NCBI RefSeq assembly: GCF_001194135.2
Contig: NC_068984.1
Coordinates: 111,074,323-111,111,147, forward strand
Direction: 5' to 3'
Length of the DNA stretch: 36,825 nucleotides
DNA from: Octopus bimaculoides
Taxonomy: Eukaryota
Part shown: in pieces, positions 32,260-36,825 of the stretch
How the letters are laid out: each line of letters begins with the position of its first letter
How positions within the stretch are numbered: the stretch's first letter is position 1
Notes under the pieces: model-generated
The model's database searches: none
The model's input: the letters and a program-made list of their open reading frames with translations, nothing else
Told to the model about the DNA's origin: nothing
Translations under genes and position numbers: made by a program

Positions 32260-32789
32260 CGAGGTCTGCCTGAAAAGTAAAGGGACTAGTGTCACAAACA
32301 ATATATTTCAATTTCAAACAACATCGATCATGTGTTCCCCTTCAAGTCCCTCCTCAAGTCTAATGCACTTTTCCATCCTTCTCTGCCATGCTTCTATGCC
32401 CCTCAGCTCTGTCATTACAGCCCTCCTGATGGCCTCAATGCTTTCAAAATGGGTCCACTCGATGAAGCCCTTGAGCTTCAGGATAAGAAAAATATCACAC
32501 AGAACCAGATCAGGTGAAATGGGAAGTTGTTCCAGTATGGCAATGTTCCTCTCAGCCAGGAACATCCGGATGCTCAGGGCTTTGTGAGCTGGTGCATTGT
32601 TACAATGAAGCAGCCACGATTTGTCCAACCAGAACTCATCTCTTCTAGTGCACCGAGAGAAGCAAATGCCACAGGATCTCTTTGTAGACTTGATTATTCA
32701 TCGTCTGGCCCTGCAGTAAAACCTCACAGCAGAAGATGCCCAAAGCTCACACAGCACACCTAGTCCCATTACTTTTCAGGCTGACCTTG
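32260..32789 (-). mobile_element. Internally deleted mariner (irritans-like) with both TIRs and TA duplication, 530 bp
   Basis: TA|cgaggtctgcctgaaaagtaaagggactag ... ctagtcccattacttttcaggctgaccttg|TA; retains WLLHCNNAPAH...PISPDLVLCDIFLILKLK...WQRRMEKCIRLEE. Confidence 0.93.
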
Positions 32790-32815
32790 TACATAATTAG
32801 TGTTCCACTTCTTAC

Positions 32816-32862
32816 ACATTATGCAAGGTAAAATCATTCACATCCAGGTAAAACGACAGCTT
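32816..32862 (-). CDS. Candidate coding exon, phase 0-2 (KLSFYLDVNDFTLHNV)
   Basis: Donor TGT|gtaaga; acceptor ttaaAAG|AAG (NAGNAG) is weak; phase 2 end joins 32181-32230. Confidence 0.4.
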
Positions 32863-33051
32863 CTTTTAATCCTTAAAGTACATACAATTTAAAATATATC
32901 CATTTTACTATTTCACAATGCTGTTCACATCAAATATGCTACAATGTCCGAATATATATGATATGCCTTGTGAGTGAATTTGATTGAAAGAAATTGTATG
33001 AAGCTTGCTGCATATATATTATGTATGTATGTGTGAGTATTTCTCTGTGTG

Positions 33052-33368
33052 TCATCATCATTATCTTTTAATGTCTGTTTTCCATGCTGGCATGGGTTGG
33101 AAAGTTTGACGGAGGTCTGGAAAGCCAGCAGCTGCACCAGGCTCTACTCTGATCTGGCAATATTTCTACAACTGGATGCCCTTCCTAATGCCAACTACTC
33201 TGAGGATATAGTGGGTGCTTTTTACATGCCACCAGCACAAGAGCCAGTCAGGTGGCCCTCGCATCTATCACATTTCGATAGTGCATTTTACATGCCACCG
33301 GCATAGGAGCCAGTCAGGGAGCACTAACATCGACCACTTTGGATGGTGCTTTCTACATGCCACCGGCT
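33052..33368 (-). mobile_element. Family D copy
   Basis: catcatcattatctttaatgtctgttttccatgctggcatgggttgg...ggatgcccttcctaatgccaac. Confidence 0.85.
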
Positions 33369-33584
33369 ATATATATGTATCTATGCACCCACACACATAA
33401 TCTAATGTTGACTTAGCTGGTCGAAACTTCAAAGTCACCGTCAATACTATTCTTGTGAAAGAATAATAAATTTGTACTCTACAAAAGTTTGGAATAACCC
33501 TTCAGATTAATGTACAATTTTTTTATAATTCTACAAACATTTATATACACGTACATACATACATACATACTACATACGTAGCCA

Positions 33585-33662
33585 TCCGGTTGCACCAGTC
33601 CTCAGTCAAATCGTCCAACCCATGCTAGCATGGAAAGCGGACGTTAAACGATGATGATGATA
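33585..33662 (+). mobile_element. Family D tail only
   Basis: caccagtcctcagtcaaatcgtccaacccatgctagcatggaaagcggacgttaaacgatgatgatga, identical to 26890-26958. Confidence 0.9.
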
Positions 33663-34471
33663 TATATATGCGAGTAAAAATAAATACAAAAAAGGGTTTT
33701 TTTTTGTATGATTGTGTATAGAGGAATATATTATTTTGTTTAAAAGAGTTCCAACACTGTCTGTTTTTTATGTTTTATTTATATTCATGCAGAACCAATG
33801 TGGGGTATAGAATATGGAATATACAATATATAATATAAAATAGAATAAAATAAAAATGGATGGCACCATGAAATAAAGTATTGAATGTAGATGAAATATT
33901 GAGTGTTCAATATAAAGGATCAAATATATAAATATAAGTATATAAANNNNNNNNNNNNNNNNNNNNNNNNNNNNNNNNNNNNNNNNNNNNNNNNNNNNNN
34001 NNNNNNNNNNNNNNNNNNNNNNNNNNNNNNNNNNNNNNNNNNNNNNNNNNNNNNNNNNNNNNNNNNNNNNNNNNNNNNNNNNNNNNNNNNNNNNNNNNNN
34101 NNNNNNNNNNNNNNNNNNNNNNNNNNNNNNNNNNNNNNNNNNNNNNNNNNNNNNNNNNNNNNNNNNNNNNNNNNNNNNNNNNNNNNNNNNNNNNNNNNNN
34201 NNNNNNNNNNNNNNNNNNNNNNNNNNNNNNNNNNNNNNNNNNNNNNNNNNNNNNNNNNNNNNNNNNNNNNNNNNNNNNNNNNNNNNNNNNNNNNNNNNNN
34301 NNNNNNNNNNNNNNNNNNNNNNNNNNNNNNNNNNNNNNNNNNNNNNNNNNNNNNNNNNNNNNNNNNNNNNNNNNNNNNNNNNNNNNNNNNNNNNNNNNNN
34401 NNNNNNNNNNNNNNNNNNNNNNNNNNNNNNNNNNNNNNNNNNNNNNNNNNNNNNNNNNNNNNNNNNNNNNN

Positions 34472-34510
<39 letters not shown>

Positions 34511-34665
34511 TATATCATTGTCATTTAATATTCATTTTCCATGTACAGAGAGAGAGAGAGAGATAGGGAGGGAGAGAGAGAGAGAGAGAGAGGGAGAGAG
34601 ACAGAGGGAGAGAGAGAGAGAGAGAGAGGCGGGGGGGTGCAGAGAGTGAGAGACGGAGAAAAGAG
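34472..34665. repeat. (TA)n and (GA)n microsatellites
   Basis: Direct inspection. Confidence 0.95.
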
Positions 34666-34905
34666 AGTAAAATAGCCAGATGTACATGTTTTTGTATTTA
34701 AGTTTCAATCTACTGGTTGAGCAGTTAGAAATTCTCTTCCCAATCATATGGCTCCAAGTTCAATCTCACAACACAGTGCAGTACTTTTAGCAAATGGCTT
34801 CTACCTTAGCCTTAGGTTGTCACCAATTTTATGAACACTATTCAGTAGATGGTAGCTATACAAGAAATGTTTTTGAATACACTGTATTTTATTTGAAGTT
34901 ATTCA

Positions 34906-35767
34906 CTTTATCTTTCATTTTGTTTACCCAAATTCCCTTGTCCATGAGTACTTTTATCATAGCCCTGCCCTCTGTCCTGCAATATCTGGATGCACTACCT
35001 TACACTGCATTTACCTACAAAACCTGGTTTCTGCCTGTCTTTCTCCCATCAGCCTCAGTAGTTTTGCTAGAGGGTTATCACAACAGCCTTTCTTCTCTTG
35101 ACAAGGCTATCAACATATACTGTACGTATGCTTTCATCACAGAAAGACAGAGAGATAGAGAGAGAGGGGGAAAGATAGAAAGAGAAGAGGGATTGAGATA
35201 CGGAGAAGGAGAAGAGAATTGAGAGAGCGAGAGATGTAAGACAGAGTTGGAGGGTATGCATAAGGAAGGCAGTGATAAAAATTAAGTATTCAGCACCAAT
35301 ATTGCCCTGGAATGCTAACTACTGCAGCAATTACAGATTATTCTTGATGTAAATGTTAAGCAAACCGTAATGGAATTATGATGTGCAAACATTTAACATT
35401 ACAGAAATGTTTTATTAGGTGTTTATATGAAGTTATACGGAAACTGTTTGTTTTGAAAATATTCTGTTGTCTGTTCTGTAGTTTACAGGTGCAGCTGAAT
35501 GGTAAGAAGTTTGCTTTCCGACCACATGTTTTCTCATACAGTCCCACGGCATCACACCTTTGGCAAGTTTTTTTTCTTTTATAGCCCCAGGCTGATCAAA
35601 ACCTTATGTGTGGATTTGGTAAACAGAAACTGGAAAAAGCAGGAACCAAGTTTTGTAGGTAAATGCAGTGTAAAGTAGAGCACGCAGATATTGCAGGACA
35701 GAGGGCAGGGCTATGCTAAAAGTACTCATGGACAAGGGAATGTGGGTAAACAAAATGAGAGATAAAG
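34906..35767. repeat. 129-bp inverted repeat pair (34906-35034 / 35639-35767), 604-bp spacer
   Basis: ctttatctttcattttgtttacccaaattcccttgtccatgagtactttt...cctacaaaacctggtttctgc versus its reverse complement, with about a dozen substitutions counted by eye. Confidence 0.92.
35490..35638 (+). mobile_element. Degenerate SINE family A head
   Basis: cagctgaatggtaagaagtttgctttccgaccacatg...gtggatttggtaaacagaaactg. Confidence 0.75.
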
Positions 35768-36150
35768 GCGCAGCAGTGGCTGTATGGTAAGAAGCTTGCT
35801 TCCCAACCACATGGTTCTGGGTTCAGTCCCACTGTGTAGTACCTTGTGCAAGTGTCTTCTACTATAAGACCAACCGAAGCCTTGTGAGTGGATTTGGTAG
35901 ATGGAAATTGAAAGAAGCCCATCACACACACACACACACATGTATGTATGTATTTGTCACCCCAACCATCACTTGACACCCGATTTTGATGTGTTCATGT
36001 CCCTGTAACTTAGTGGTTCGGAAAAAGAGACTGATAGAATAAGTACTAGGCTTACAAAGAATAAGACCTGGGGTCAATTTGTTCGACTAAAGGCGGTGCT
36101 CCGGCATGGCTGCATTCAAATGACTGAAATGAATAAAAGAATAAAAGAAT
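35767..36150 (+). mobile_element. SINE family A, full length
   Basis: ggcgcagcagtggctgtatggtaagaagc...tgactgaaatgaataaaagaataaaagaat. Confidence 0.9.
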
Positions 36151-36184
36151 TCCTGGTGTCAGTCATCTTATATAAAACCTGCTA

Positions 36185-36447
36185 CTAAAGAGAAAAGGCA
36201 AAATTACCTTCTCAAATCATACTGATTCATAAGGTCTAGTTTCCTGGTTTCCATGGTGTATATATTGTCCACCTGGATGGGATGCCAGTCCATCACAAAA
36301 TTGCTCATTTTCACCAGCTGAGTGGACTGGAGCAACGTGAAACGAAGTGCTTTGCTCAAGAACGCAATGCGTCGCCCGGTCCAGGGATCGAAACCACAAT
36401 CTTACAATCAGGAGTCCAACACCCTGACCACTAAGCCATGTACCTCC
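36185..36447 (-). mobile_element. SINE family C variant (head 2 + tail Y)
   Basis: Head gtggaggtacatggcttagtggtcagggtgttggactcc; middle cttgagcaaagcacttcgtttcacgttgctccagtccactcagctg; tail shares gtttcc.ggtttc.atggtgtat and ggatgccagtccatc with 12335-12714. Confidence 0.85.
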
Positions 36448-36559
36448 ACTACAAACCTTGCTACTACTGATACTCAAAGAAGGAAGGAAGAGGTTGGTAT
36501 CATTGTTCAGATTGTTGATGTAGAAAAGGAAACCAAGATATGTAATAATATGTTTTTAT

Positions 36560-36780
36560 CTTTTGCTTGAATCTCTCATTGGACTGTGACTATCAATGTT
36601 GAGGCACAGCCTTGAAGGGTCTAGTGGACAAAAGTGAGCCCAGTACTTATTTTTATGTTTGGGATTTATGCTATAAGTTTGTTTTGCTGAACTGCTGAAG
36701 CATAGGGGCATAAACGAGCCAAACCAACACTTGTTGTCAAGCAATAGTGAGTGGCAAACACAAGCACAACACACACCACA
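36560..36780 (-). mobile_element. SINE family A 3' half, degenerate
   Basis: gcccagtacttatttt...gctgaactgctgaagcataggggcataaac...ttgtcaagcaa. Confidence 0.7.
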
Positions 36781-36825
36781 TAATATATGTACGTATATGT
36801 ATGCATATATATATATATATATATA

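Overview
AT-rich, repeat-dense eukaryotic DNA with six assembly gaps. It is most likely from an octopus or other coleoid cephalopod, inferred from the tRNA-derived SINE families and microsatellite load. Nearly all ORFs in the supplied track are microsatellite, gap or SINE artefacts. The supportable content is: (1) dozens of copies of about four SINE/LINE-tail families; (2) fossil autonomous elements, namely a Penelope-like RT fragment, a Penelope-like GIY-YIG fragment, an RTE LINE 3' end, four R4/Dong-like RLE LINE 3' ends (three stacked in TAA tracts), one full-length mariner, one internally deleted mariner with both TIRs, and one small mariner remnant; (3) three well-formed and two decayed minimal type-I hammerhead-ribozyme-like motifs, two with a compensatory U3-A8 core pair and several lying next to Penelope-like remnants; (4) a probable multi-exon protein-coding gene on the minus strand (about 32.9 kb to 2.7 kb) missed by the ORF track, with a run of symmetric phase-0 exons, a candidate 3-nt microexon and an intron made almost entirely of a mariner. 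I cannot name the gene, and the exon calls are manual and unverified. I see no clearly new biological system. The hammerhead variants and the hidden gene with its microexon are the best leads.
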